Assembly: GCF_028641065.1 (NCBI RefSeq)
Contig: NC_073401.1
Location: 22,444,001-22,508,000, forward strand
Reading direction: 5' to 3'
Source: Leucoraja erinacea
Lineage: Eukaryota
DNA: 64,000 nt
Below the pieces are notes generated by a model. The model was given only the letters and a program-made list of their open reading frames with translations, did not search any database and had not been told where the DNA came from. Below, in pieces: positions 37,801-49,165 of this stretch (within the stretch, counting starts at the first letter, position 1; every line of letters begins with the position of its first letter). The translations under genes and the position numbers were made by a program.

Positions 37801-39098
37801 GGCAGGTCATCGATCCATCTTTCTGTCTTCATTTTCCTTTGAAATGGACAGATTAACGATTAAGGATTATGCATCACATCCGAGATTTGACGTATTCGGG
37901 ATCTCAGCGCCGTGTCTTTAACCGAAATTGCACGAATACAAAAATCAATATGGGCTGATTGCTTCTTCTTAGGTTGGCCTAGTAATACTACCCCATATGG
38001 GCTCCTCACACCTAGTATCTGCAACAGTAAAAAGACCCTGATGGGAGTTATGTACGGGCTTCCAAACAGTAGCCAGATTGTAGCGTACAAATTACACCAG
38101 AAGATGCAAAGGTCATGTGGATTTCAATATGCAGGTAGACTGAGAAATTTAAGGTTGGTACTGGATCCCAGGAGAAGGAATTTGTAGAGTGCCTCCAAAA
38201 TAGTTTCTTAGAGCAGCTTATGTCGAGCCTACTAGAGAAAAGCAATTATTTATGTGGCATTGTGTAATGAACTGTTTTTGACTAGGGACCTTAAGTTTAA
38301 AATATCCCCAGGAGGTGGTGACCATAATATGATGAAATTGAACCTGCAGTTTGAGAGGGAGAAGACGAAACTAGATGTGTCGGTATTACTGTTAGATAAA
38401 GGTAACTACAGAGACATGAGGGAGAAGCTGGCTAAAGTTGAATGGAAAAGGATCCAAGCAGGAACGACGGAGGAGCTGCAATAGGAGGAGTTTCCATTAA
38501 TAATTCGTACGATGCATGATATTTCATTCCAAAGAGGAAGAGAGTTTCTAAGGAGAGAGGGACTGACACAAAGTTACTTAAAAAGCAATATGGAAAGAAA
38601 AAATGAAATATAAAGTTGCTAGCCACTAATGTAAAAGAGGTGAGCAAAAGTGTATTTATAAGAGAGAGGGAAGAGTAGACATTGGACCACGGGAGAATGA
38701 CGCTGGAGAAGGGATAATGTGGAATAAATGAATGTCAGATTAATTTAATAGGTTTTTTCATCGAACCTCACAGAGGCTTCAAGAGAGTTGGGGACAGAAA
38801 CTAGTGGAGTTGATATTACTAAGTAGGTGCTTGGGTCTGAAGTTGAATAAATCACCTGGACCAGATGTGCTGCACCCCAGTGTTCTGAAGAGACGGTTTT
38901 AGATATTGTGGTCGTGTTTGTGGGGATCTTTCACTGGGGTCAGAAGTGGGCACAGTGGACCAGTAAATTGCAAATGTTACTCTGCATCTCAAGATGGGAG
39001 CATAGCAAAAGAGGGGAACCTATAGACCACTTAGCTTCACTTCAGTGATTGGTAAGATTTTAAAGTCCATTAAAAATGGTGAGGTAACTGAGTACTTA

Positions 39099-40995
39099 TG
39101 GAGGAGCTAAATACTATTAAGATCACCAAGGAGGTGGTATTAGGGAAATTAATGAGACTGAAGGAGGATAAATCCCCTGGGCCTGATGGATTACATCCAA
39201 GGGTCTTGAGGGAGATAGCGGTGGGGATTGTGGATGCATTGGTGATGATTTTCCAAAACTCCCTGGAGGCAGGAACGGTCCCAGTGGATTGGAAAATGGC
39301 CAATGTAACACCTATATTTAAAAAAGGAAGTAAACAGAAGGCGGGTAACTATAGACCGGTTAGTCTAACATCGGTGGTGGGTAAAATGTTAGAGACAATT
39401 ATTAAAGAAACACTAACGGGGAACTTGGATAAACATGACTTCATCGGACAGAACCAGCATGGTTTTGTGAAGGGGAAGTCCTGTTTAACGAATCTGCTCG
39501 AATTCTTTGAGGAAGTAACAACCCGGGTGGATAAAGGGGAACCGGTGGATGTGGTATACTTGGACTTCCAAAAGGCTTTTGACAAGGTGCCACATAAGAG
39601 ACTATTGCTAAAAATAAAAAATTATGGGATTGGGGGTAATATATTAGCATGGGTAGAGGATTGGCTAACAAATAGGAAGCAGAGAGTGGGGATAAATGGT
39701 TCATACTCGGGATGGCAACCGGTAACTAGCGGGGTTCCGCAAGGGTCGGTGCTGGGACCCCAGTTGTTCACAATTTATATAAATGATTTGGAGGAGGGAA
39801 CCAAGTGTAATATATCAAAATTTGCGGACGATACAAAAATGGGAGGAAAAGTAGGGGATGAGGAGGATAGGAAGAGTCTGCAAAAGGATATAGATAAGCT
39901 AGGTGAGTGGGCAACAACTTGGCAGATGAAATTTAATACTAATAAATGTGAAGTCATTCACTTTGGGGAAAAAAATGCTAGGGCAAGTTATTTTCTAATG
40001 AGGAGGAGCTGCGTTGTAATGCAACGCAAAGGGATCTAGGGGTATTAGTACATGAATCACTGAAAGTTAGTATGCAGGTGCAGCAAGCAATCAGGAAGGC
40101 TAATGGAGTTTTGGCCTTTATTGCTAGGGGGATTGAGTATAAAAACACGGAGGTCTTGCTGCAGCTGTACACAGTATTAGTGAGACCACATTTGGAATAC
40201 TGTGTACAGTTCTGGGGTCCATACTTAAGAAAGGATGTACTAGCCCTGGAGACAGTGCAGCGAAGGTTTACAAGATTAATTCCTGCAATGAGGGGATTGA
40301 CATATGAGGAAAGGTTAAGTAGGCTGGAACTCTACTCTTTGGAGTTTAGAAGAATGAGAGGCGATCTCATTGAAACATATAAGATCGTGAGGGGCCTTGA
40401 TCGGGTGGATGCCCCGAGGATGTTCCCAATGATCGGGGAAACTAGAACTAGGGGACACAGTTGCAGAATAAGGGGGGGCTCTTTTAAAACTGAGATGAGG
40501 AAGAACTTCTTCACCCAGAGGGTGGTTAATTTATGGAATTCACTGCCCCAGGGAGCAGTGGAAGCAGAAACTTTAAATATATTTAAGACTAAAATAGATG
40601 GTTTTTTAGCTGCCAAGGGGATAAGGGGCTACGGGGAGAGGGCAGGGATATGGACCTAGGTATGGTTAGTATAGTAAGACCTGAGTGATCTCCTGGACAA
40701 GTGTCGATCGCCTAGATTGGGGTCGGAGAGGAATTTCCCGGATTTTTTTCCCGAATTGGACCTGGGTTTTTATCCGGTTTTTTGCCTCCCCCAGGAGATC
40801 ACGAGGTTCTTGGGGTGGAGAGGGGTGATAGCGGTATAAAGGGGAGGGTAGTGTCTTGTGTTCTGTGTCTTGTGTCTACTGTTTGTGGGTAAGTGTGTCT
40901 GTTTAGTGTTCAGCCATGAGCGAATGGCGGTGCGGGCTCGATGGACCTGGTGGTCTGCTCTCGCACCTACTTTCTATGTTTCTATGTTTCTATGT
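39099..40995 (+). mobile_element. Young CR1 LINE of a second subfamily, 5'-truncated, long 3'UTR
   Basis: ORFs 39098-40039 and 40072-40659 form an RT broken by one frameshift; (TTTCTATG)3 tail; flanked by TACTTA repeats. Confidence 0.95.
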
Positions 40996-41257
40996 TACTT
41001 AGAAGCACATGATAAAATTTGGCAGAAGTCAGCGTGGTTTTGTGAATGGGAAATATTGCTTGTTGGAATTCTTTGAGGAAGTAAATAGCAGGATGAACAC
41101 TGGATGTTGTTGACATGGGTTTTCAGAAGACATTTGATAAGCTGCTGCATATGAGGCTGCTAAAGAAGATGAGAGCCCGCTGTATTAGAGGGAAGATAAT
41201 ATCACAGATAATATAATCCGTGTACATTATATAGTTGTATGGCAGAGTGGGAATAAA

Positions 41258-41264
41258 GGGGGGT

Positions 41265-41302
<38 letters not shown>

Positions 41303-41310
41303 GGGGGGGG
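41258..41310. repeat. Poly-G tract (poly-C tracts also at ~9330-9366, ~15632-15660, ~53366-53396)
   Basis: Direct reading; these tracts explain the poly-Pro/Gly ORFs. Confidence 0.9.
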
Positions 41311-42099
41311 TCCTCATTGAAACCTGCTGAATAGTGAAAGTCCTCGATGGATTGGATGTGGAGAACATGCGTACACATGTGGGAGAGTCTAGGACCAGAG
41401 GACACAGCCTCAGAATAAAAGGACAGACCTTTGGAGATGAGAAGAAGGTTTTTTTTAGTTAAAGGCTAGTGAATCTATAATATCCTTACACAGACAGATG
41501 TGGAGGCCGAATTAGGTATTGTAAGGTAGGAATTGTCCGATTATTTAGTATTAAGGATGTCAAAGGTTATGAGCAGAAGGCAGGAGATTGAGTGAAAGAT
41601 AGATCAGCCTTGAATGAATGGCATATGAGGCTCGATGGACCGAATGGCACCAATTCTACGCCTATGCATTGTGGACTTTGTGTACAGTTTGCCCCCAACT
41701 CAGCTATTTGGAAGCAACATTTTCATTACTGAAAAGATTCCACACAGATGTCATTGTTTGTGGCACAGTGATCCCGTTATTCATGAGTTACAGCTTTTAT
41801 GCACTGCCCTTCTACTCCGATATAAAACTATAAAGCCGTATTTAAATCCCTATTCCTATTTATTTTACCGTTTTTTAATTGTTTTAATACTTCATTAAGT
41901 TGTCAACGATACAAGTTATAGAAATCTGTATTCCCACTGGCTACGAATATTCTTTGAGCCTAATCTCCCTCATTCTCGGAATAACTCAGTCTGAAGAAGA
42001 ATCCTGACCCGAAACAATGCCTATCTATGTCCTCCCAAGATGCTGTCTAACCCACGGAACAACTGCAGAGCTGTTTCACTGAAGATTCCAGCATGAAGA

Positions 42100-43175
42100 A
42101 TTGAATGCAAAGCCGTAGATGTTGTTTATATGGATTTCAGGAAAACATTTTCTAGGGTTTGGCGTGGTAGGCTGCTCTGGACTGTTAGCTCGTAAGAGAC
42201 CTGAAGAGCACTAGCCGACTGGATAGAGAATTGGCTTCATGGAAGGGAGCAGACGGTGCTGGTGGAAGATTGTTTTTCTGGCTGCAGGGTTATGACCAGC
42301 GGTGTGCCTCGTCGATCACGACTGGGCCCATTGTTGCTTTTGGTTTACATAAATGATTTGGATGAGAATGTAGAAAGCACGATTGGTAAATTTGCAGATT
42401 ACAAGAAAGTGGCTGGTATAGTAGATGGCAAAGATAGTTATCAACAATTATAGCATAAACCTGATCAGTTGGATAAATAGGCTGAGGAATGGTTAATGGA
42501 TTTAATGCCAATAATTGCGACGTTGTGCATTTTGCGAAGTCAAACCAGGGCAGGGTCTTCACAGTGAATAGCTGGTCCTGTGGAGGGAGGGGTTGTTTAG
42601 AGGTTGGGATGTTATGTTACAGTTGTAAAATATGTCACTGAGACTGCTGTTGGACTATTAAACTTAGTGTTTGTCACAGTGATGTTTGAGAGAAGGGTGT
42701 TATTAATCTGGAAAGAGTGCGGAGAAGATTTATTAGGATGTTGCCATGACATGAAGCCCTGAACGACTGGGAGACGTTGGCAGGCTCGGATTTGGAGTGT
42801 AGGAGGATGATGAGTCGTGTTATCGAGGTGTTCAAGATCATGAGGGGAATAGAAAAGGTAAATGCACAGAGTCTTTTACCCAGAGTTGGGGAATCAAGAA
42901 ACGGAGGATTTAAGTTTAAGGTGAGAGGAGAATGATTCAATGGGAACCTGGGGCGAAACGTTTTGACACAGAGGATGGTGAGATATAGACTGAACAGCCA
43001 GAGTAAGTCGTTGAGACAGGCACAACATTTAAAAGACGCTTCGACAGGTATATAGCCAGTAAAAGTTTAGCGGGACATGGGCCAAACTCGGGCAAGTGCG
43101 ATTAGTGTAGTCAGGTCATCTTGATCGACATGGGCAAGTTGGCCGGAGGAACCTTTTCCTTGCTGTTGGACTCTT
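42100..43175 (+). mobile_element. Old degraded CR1 RT 3' fragment
   Basis: TSGVPRRSRLGPLLLLVYINDLDEN...KFADY in ORF 42256-42453; decayed 3' end. Confidence 0.8.
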
Positions 43176-43194
43176 ATGGTATTATGAAGCTATT

Positions 43195-43492
43195 AGTTTA
43201 GTTTAGTTTAGTTTAGTTTAGAGATACAGCGTGGAAACAGGCACTTCGACCCACCGAGTCCGCATCGACCAGCGATCCCATCACATCACCACTACCCTAC
43301 ACACAAGGGACAATTTACACTCATACCAAGCCAATTAACCTACAACCCTGGAAATCGAAGATCTCGGTGAGAAACCACGCTGTCACGGGGAGAACGGACA
43401 AATTCCGTGCAAACAGCACCCGTAGTCGGTATCGAACCCTGATCACCGGCGCTGCATCGCTGTGAGGCAGCAAATCTACCACTGCGCTACCC
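43195..43492 (-). mobile_element. tRNA-derived V-SINE (HE1-like) with (TTTAG)n tail
   Basis: Minus-strand head with B box GGTTCGATAC, V-domain-like core, CR1-like tail and (TTTAG)n repeat at 43195-43221. Confidence 0.8.
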
Positions 43493-45814
43493 TGCAGCTA
43501 TCTGTAGCTCATTGTGCATCTACTCCACTTTCACCTTCCTTGAAAGTCTCAACCCTCTCTCTTCAACACTTTATTTCAAAATGTATTTTTTGAGTTTCTC
43601 CACTTGTTGCTAGTCTCTCTTTGTGGCATCACTCTCTCACACTCTGTCCTTCATAATGTTAGCACGTAGAGTTACATTATAGCTACAGCAGAAATACTAT
43701 GCTGCAAAGCTGTAGCTAGACTCGTACGACAGCTGTACTTTTCCGTCCTCCGCTTCTGTTTCCAAAACAAATAGATTATGTTTACGTCTTCCAAAGCCTG
43801 TGTCTTCCTGCAACTTTCAGAAAGCGCATTGTTCCAGAAACGCATTACAACTGAAATATATGTGCTCCATGCATCTTGTTATGTTTTATGACAGTTGGCA
43901 ATCCAATTCCCCTCCTGGGATAAATAAATGCTATCGTGTCGTATCGTACCGTATCGCCCTTGGGAAATATGCCAAGCAAAACTAATCACTTCATCCACCA
44001 ATACATCCAATTTTCGTCACCATTGCTTGTAAGGTGAGTACTTGCGACACATATCCAATTACTCCTCAGAATGTGCCCATGTGCGTCCTTCTGGGATCAC
44101 AATAATATTCTGTCGATAGAACCCTCACCATATTATTGGAAAGGGATTACCAAGACAGGCCCAGCAATCGGAACCCGAAGAAGGGTCTCGATCCAAAACG
44201 TCACCATTCCTTCTCTCCAGGGATGCAGCCTGTCCCGCGGAGTTACTCCAGCTTTTTTGTGTCTATCTCCAGCAATCGGAAAGCTGGTCAAAACATTTCC
44301 CAATTCAACGTGGTCTGTGACTTGTATCGCAACAGTGTAGCTCCTATGCCCACTCTTTATTTTCATCCTGGTTGGCATGGGAGTGTTGGCCGCGGATTCT
44401 AGTGAAGTAATTGCAGTACATTTTGTATGTGGTAAAGATAGACACAAAAAGCTAGAGTAACTGCGGGTCAAAAAGCAAATACTATCGTCGCGATACATTA
44501 CTCATTGGAGTGAGTAAACACAGGTGCAGAGAATGGGGTGTCAATCAATCGGATTATATTGCTCTGGTTGAAGTTTATCCACGTGATTGCTGTTGGAGCT
44601 GCACTCATCTGGGCAAGCTGGGAAAATTCCCCAATTCGTCCAGTTTATGGTGGGAAACCCTTCGTGTAAGGAAATGAGAGTGGCATGCACATTGGTAATT
44701 GGCAAAACAGGAGTGTGATACTAGCGCCTTGAAACGTATTCTTATGTCATAATTTCAAGTAATATTTTGTTAACATCCATTTAAGTATGCGTAACCATCC
44801 CAAGTTATTACAGGAATATTTTCCATGCTGCAACAGCGAAAGCATTTCAGAAGTACTGAGGAGTCGAAGAGCTTCGGAAGCAAGTCTGTTGATTCTCGTG
44901 CTGTTAATCCCATGGCAAGGGTAATCCATGACATTCACTGAACATTATCGTTATAATTAGAGCCACTGGTTTGCTTTTTAAAATCTAGTATGATGCAACG
45001 CTGGTTCCATGTAAATATAATTTCCCACGTCGAATTAAGGTTGTTGGAATTAAAGACAAGGCAATCTAGAACCGCCGACACATTTGACTTTTTTTTAACA
45101 TATACAACTCGCCATAAGCCCTGTGGTCGATTAAACATATTTGTCATGTTTCCATCTCATTAAGTCAATTTTACGAACAAAGTGAGCGGACGTTTCAAAT
45201 GTGGGTGCTGCAAGAAATCATGCTTTCCAAATTTACTGCAAAAGCATTACATTAAATTTGACCGTGATTTCCAATAAATATACAGTAAGACTTACAAATT
45301 TGCCAATTTTACAAATTCAAAATTAATTTGCAATCAGTTATTTATTCGCCTTGTGCTTTTAGAAAATTTCGATACACCATCGTCACCAAAATGCTCACCA
45401 GTTTCAAAAATCAATATGCAACTAAGGAACGTGTCGCGCACAGTGCGAACACACCGTGAGATCAGGACTCAGACACTCTCCACATGGAATGTATCTCTTT
45501 ATTTTTTATGAGTGAATGAATAGTCGGCGGATATTATCATGGGTTTATTCGATAAGTACATTTTGTTTTAATTTACGCATTGTGCAACCGCACCGAAAAG
45601 GGTTCAAAATAAATGAAAAAATATATTGAAAATAGACACACAAATCTGAAGGAACTCAGCGGGACAGGCACCACTCTGGATTCAACGAATGGGTGACGTT
45701 TCGGGCATCATGAATGTCCCATTTCAAACAAAATGAAATCTCTTATGCGCTTGAAAATATATTAAATCGTACAGGAGCAGACAATTAGAATTCGGATATT
45801 GACCTAGCTAAAGG

Positions 45815-45990
45815 TTTGGGAATAATTTGACACAAGAAGAATCTGGCAACTTCTGATTGGCGCAACGTGAGTAGTGATTGGAATGTTTTGCATACGAACA
45901 CCCAGTGACGCCTCGTCACACGGTTCATAAGAGACCCGGAGAGTAACGTGTGTACCACTTCACCAGGCGCCCCCCACTCAGATATTTACA
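45815..45990 (+). promoter_or_regulatory. Putative proximal promoter of cluster 2
   Basis: Conserved block 45840-45866, octamer-like TTTTGCAT 45886-45893, inverted CRE half-sites GTGACG-cct-CGTCAC 45905-45919, TATA-like CATAAGA near 45927. Confidence 0.7.
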
Positions 45991-46039
45991 ATGTCTTGCT
46001 GGGTCCGTGTAGTCTATGCATTAGCGTTTTCCGCAGTTT
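45991..46039 (+). CDS. Leader exon, cluster 2 (MSCWVRVVYALAFSAV)
   Basis: ATG at 45991, donor GTGAGT at 46040. Confidence 0.9.
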
Positions 46040-48961
46040 GTGAGTATTCTACTGACACCGACATGATGTTTAATTTCGAGCACAATTATAACTTTATTTT
46101 ACTGACGCATGTTGTTTCGCGAATGTAAATGAATAGTTCACCTTTTCTAATTCTTCTTCCAGGTATAAACGCGGAGGTTACACTAAATCAACCGCCTTCA
46201 CGGTCCACGTCTCCGGGGCAGAACGAGCAAATACCCTGTACCATGTCTGGCGACAGTTTAGGTAGTACCAATGTTTACTGGTACCAACAGATTTTTGGAA
46301 AAGCGCCGCGGCATCTGCTCTACTTTTGGTCGGGCAGCAGCATTTACAGAGCTTCGGGAGTTCCTGAACGTTTCTCCGGATCAGTGTCAGGCAACACTGC
46401 AACATTGACAATATCGAACGTGCAGTCGGAGGACGCTGCTGACTACTACTGTACCGTGTGGAAAGATGCTGTAATCTTCGGCAAAGGAACGAGGCTGGGT
46501 ATTGGCAGTAAGTAAAATATCTTCACTATTTGGGTGCTTGATACTACAGTGAAAGGCAATTAGTTTAGTGTCGCTTAATTAATGGTGCAAATAAAAGTAT
46601 TTTAAAGCCTATCTTTTCTAAATACACGGCTAAAATCAAGTATTTTTTGGCAACTTGATTGAAGTAACGATATGGGATGGGCAAATGCCTTTTCGGCTGT
46701 ACATTTTTCATTCTTAATTACTTTTCAAACGATGAACTAACAATTGTCAACCAGGGTAGGAAATAGGCCGGCGGTAAAGAAGCTTGTCTTCCTTCTTGTG
46801 ATGGCACGAATTATTCTATTAGAAGACGCACCTTCAATAATAGCACTGACTTTGGGTTGATGCCCCATCGCGAACTCTGGAATATCCGAGAGCTGCGCAT
46901 CATTCGACACTCGTGGGTTTTTCCTAAAATTATGAACATGTATAGATAAAGAAAGTGCATTTCTCAGAATTATTGGTTCAAACCCAATAACCTGTCAGAC
47001 ACCTGGAATCTCGCTTTGAATTGTTTTTATATGGATTGGTAAACTTGTATTAGGCATGAGGAAAAGATTGGAACAATTCATAAGATTGTATTTAATTTTC
47101 CCTGACGTGGGTTTCGGTATCGAGAGTAGAAGTGCAAATGTATAAGATAATAATAATGTAAATTCCTGCCGGCTGTGCATTAGTCGCCTTGCGCCATTTT
47201 TCTGTTACTCTTCCCGCTAGAGGAGCAGTGCAGCAGTGTTTCCGGTATATGGAATCTGACCGTAGTTAGAGGATTTTTTTTCTTTGGCGCCCAATGAAAT
47301 AGAAACAACGTGAAAACAAACAAATTAGTCAGTCAATTAGAACAGGCTTCTTCAGATGTTCAAATAATTTAGCCATATCCCGAGAAGACTATTATCACAT
47401 TTATCCTGCATTTATTTTACATTTTTTAAACTGTTTAAACGCTAGTTTGAATTGTTTAATGTGTATTTAATTAGCCACTGAAGGGAGTTGGGGCATTCCA
47501 ATGCTCTTCTATTGGAATTAAAATTTAACCCGAATCGCCTTCTGAAGCAAAGTTGCGCCAGAAACAAACAAAAACGCAGAACCAAAGCGAACGTCCTGAC
47601 ATCGTCAATTATTAGTTTAAATAGTCCTCCCTCCACCACCATTTGGAAAATTTTAGAGGACCAAGAAACCAAGAAGAACACTTTAGTTTATGCTTTCAAA
47701 TGCGTGCTTAATTATTCCTCCTATAGATTCTCATTGTTATTGAAATACTGAGGTCAATCATTTTCAGTTAAATATGATGTTGAATTCCTTGCGTCATTAT
47801 ACATTCCGGGATCAATGTGTTTTATGTTGTGAAATGTAATCGTGGATTGTCATCCTGTCGTGGTGGAGAAGCTTGTGTGGTCCTGAGAGCGATGCCGTCT
47901 GGAGCTATGCTCCTGATAGGGTCGCCCGTGGCGGTAAGGTCGAGGGGGAGGTCTTTGACAAAGAGCAATTCAACCAAGTCCTCAACGGTGGAACAGGCAG
48001 AGGATGATGGCTGACCTTAGTGGAGCGTCACAACGGCTGTGAAGGCGGATGAAGGCTGCATCCATGCCACTGGATTCTGACCCAGACTTGTCAAGGACCA
48101 TGTGGTGGCTGCCTGTGCGTTAAATAAACGTCTTCCCACGCACCGGCGTCCTCTATGAGAGGACATTCATATTCGTTTGGAGTGGCCGACATACTTTCTG
48201 TGTGGGCATTCTGGAATCACTAGGATAGCGAATATTTTAACTTGAAAAATAACTTTAAAAATTTGAATTTACATTGTACCTTAAATTTCTGAACCATCTC
48301 AGATAAAATCAGTTTTATTCCAGGGGATGTCTTAGCGCGTTTTGTTTTTGTTGGCGCCGCTGAGTGAAGTGAGCAAGATTCATTGTCCTATTTGGGAAGT
48401 CTGAGCTAAATTATAACTTCAAAAAACATTATAGCTTTCGAGAAAGGCATATGAACTTCAAGGTTAATGTGGAACAGTTCAAGAATAATAATAATGTGGA
48501 ATATTTCTAAAACAATTTAGAATGCGATAAATAGTATGTTTGACATTGTTGCAAAATTAGATTTATGCGTCGTGCCAATATGATCATTTCTCTACTTACG
48601 CGACTATTAATAATACTGCAAAACCTTGTTTCAAACAGACCCACGCGCCCCCACAGTGTCCGTTCTCCGACCGTCAGCGGAGGAAATCACGGGAAAGAAC
48701 ACGGCCACCCTGGTGTGTTTGGTGAGTGGGTTTAATCCGGGCGCTGTGAACATTGACTGGACCGTGGACGGCAGGGCGAGAAGTGACGGCGTTGAGACCA
48801 GCCGAATCCAACAGGAGAAGGACAACACGTTCAGTGCGAGCAGTTACCTGACTCTGCCAGCCACAGTCTGGAACTCACACGAGCTTTACTCTTGTGTGGT
48901 TAAACACGAGACTCAGGCTAACCCGCTGACGACAAACATCGCCAAGTCCACCTGCATGTAA
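45991..48961 (+). CDS. Ig light-chain cluster 2 (lambda/type II-like), germline-joined L-VJ-C, intact 238-aa spliced ORF
   Basis: Exons 45991-46039 (49 nt) + 46163-46507 (345 nt) + 48639-48961 (323 nt) = 717 nt, in frame, no internal stop, canonical splice sites. Confidence 0.95.
46163..46507 (+). CDS. Germline-joined VJ exon, cluster 2
   Basis: Within ORF 46129-46515: EVTLNQPPSRSTSPGQNEQIPCTMSGDSLGSTNVYWYQQ...[46 protein letters not shown]. Acceptor cttccag, donor GTAAGT at 46508. No RSS between V and J. Confidence 0.95.
47843..48172 (+). mobile_element. RTE/BovB-like 5'-region-derived short element in the cluster 2 J-C intron
   Basis: tgtcgtggtggagaagcttgtgtg..ctgagagcgatgccg..gggtcgccc..ggtc..gacaaagagc resembles RTE 5' ends as I recall them; GC-richer than its AT-rich flanks; absent from the cluster 1 intron. 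Confidence 0.6.
48639..48961 (+). CDS. Light-chain constant exon, cluster 2
   Basis: Acceptor aaacag at 48638. PRAPTVSVLRPSAEEITGKNTATLVCLVSGFNPG...WTVDG...VETSRIQQEKDNTFS...YSCVVKHE...KSTCM*, which resembles shark lambda/type II C regions as I recall them. Confidence 0.95.
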
Positions 48962-49159
48962 AATGCCTACATTCCACCTAATCCAGTCGAGGAAATATCT
49001 TTTGATCCCTCTTTCATTTATTAAAAATGATTCGAGGAATATTCATTGTTGTCAACTAGCCTTTGCGTTTAAAATTGTCGTATGTCTTACCATTAGTAAA
49101 TGTCATTCAATCAAAGCAATCCTATTATTAATTGATAGTCAAATGTTATTGGAATTCTA

Positions 49160-49165
49160 ATTAAA
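49160..49165 (+). terminator. Candidate poly(A) signal ATTAAA, cluster 2
   Basis: ~200 bp after the stop codon with T-rich sequence downstream. Another ATTAAA lies at 49020. Confidence 0.4.

Larger units (their letters stand above)
38040..41660 (+). mobile_element. Old degraded CR1 that hosts the 39099-40995 insertion
   Basis: Decayed endonuclease/RT motifs (GDHNMM, SPGPD-like) before 39098 that continue (LEAHDKI...) after 41001. Confidence 0.8.

Noticed and set aside
45439-45445. CACAGTG heptamer upstream of cluster 2 (others at ~899 and within the C exon at ~48652)
   Set aside because: No ACAAAAACC-like nonamer at 12 or 23 bp for the 45439 site, and none lies next to a V or J end; not an RSS.
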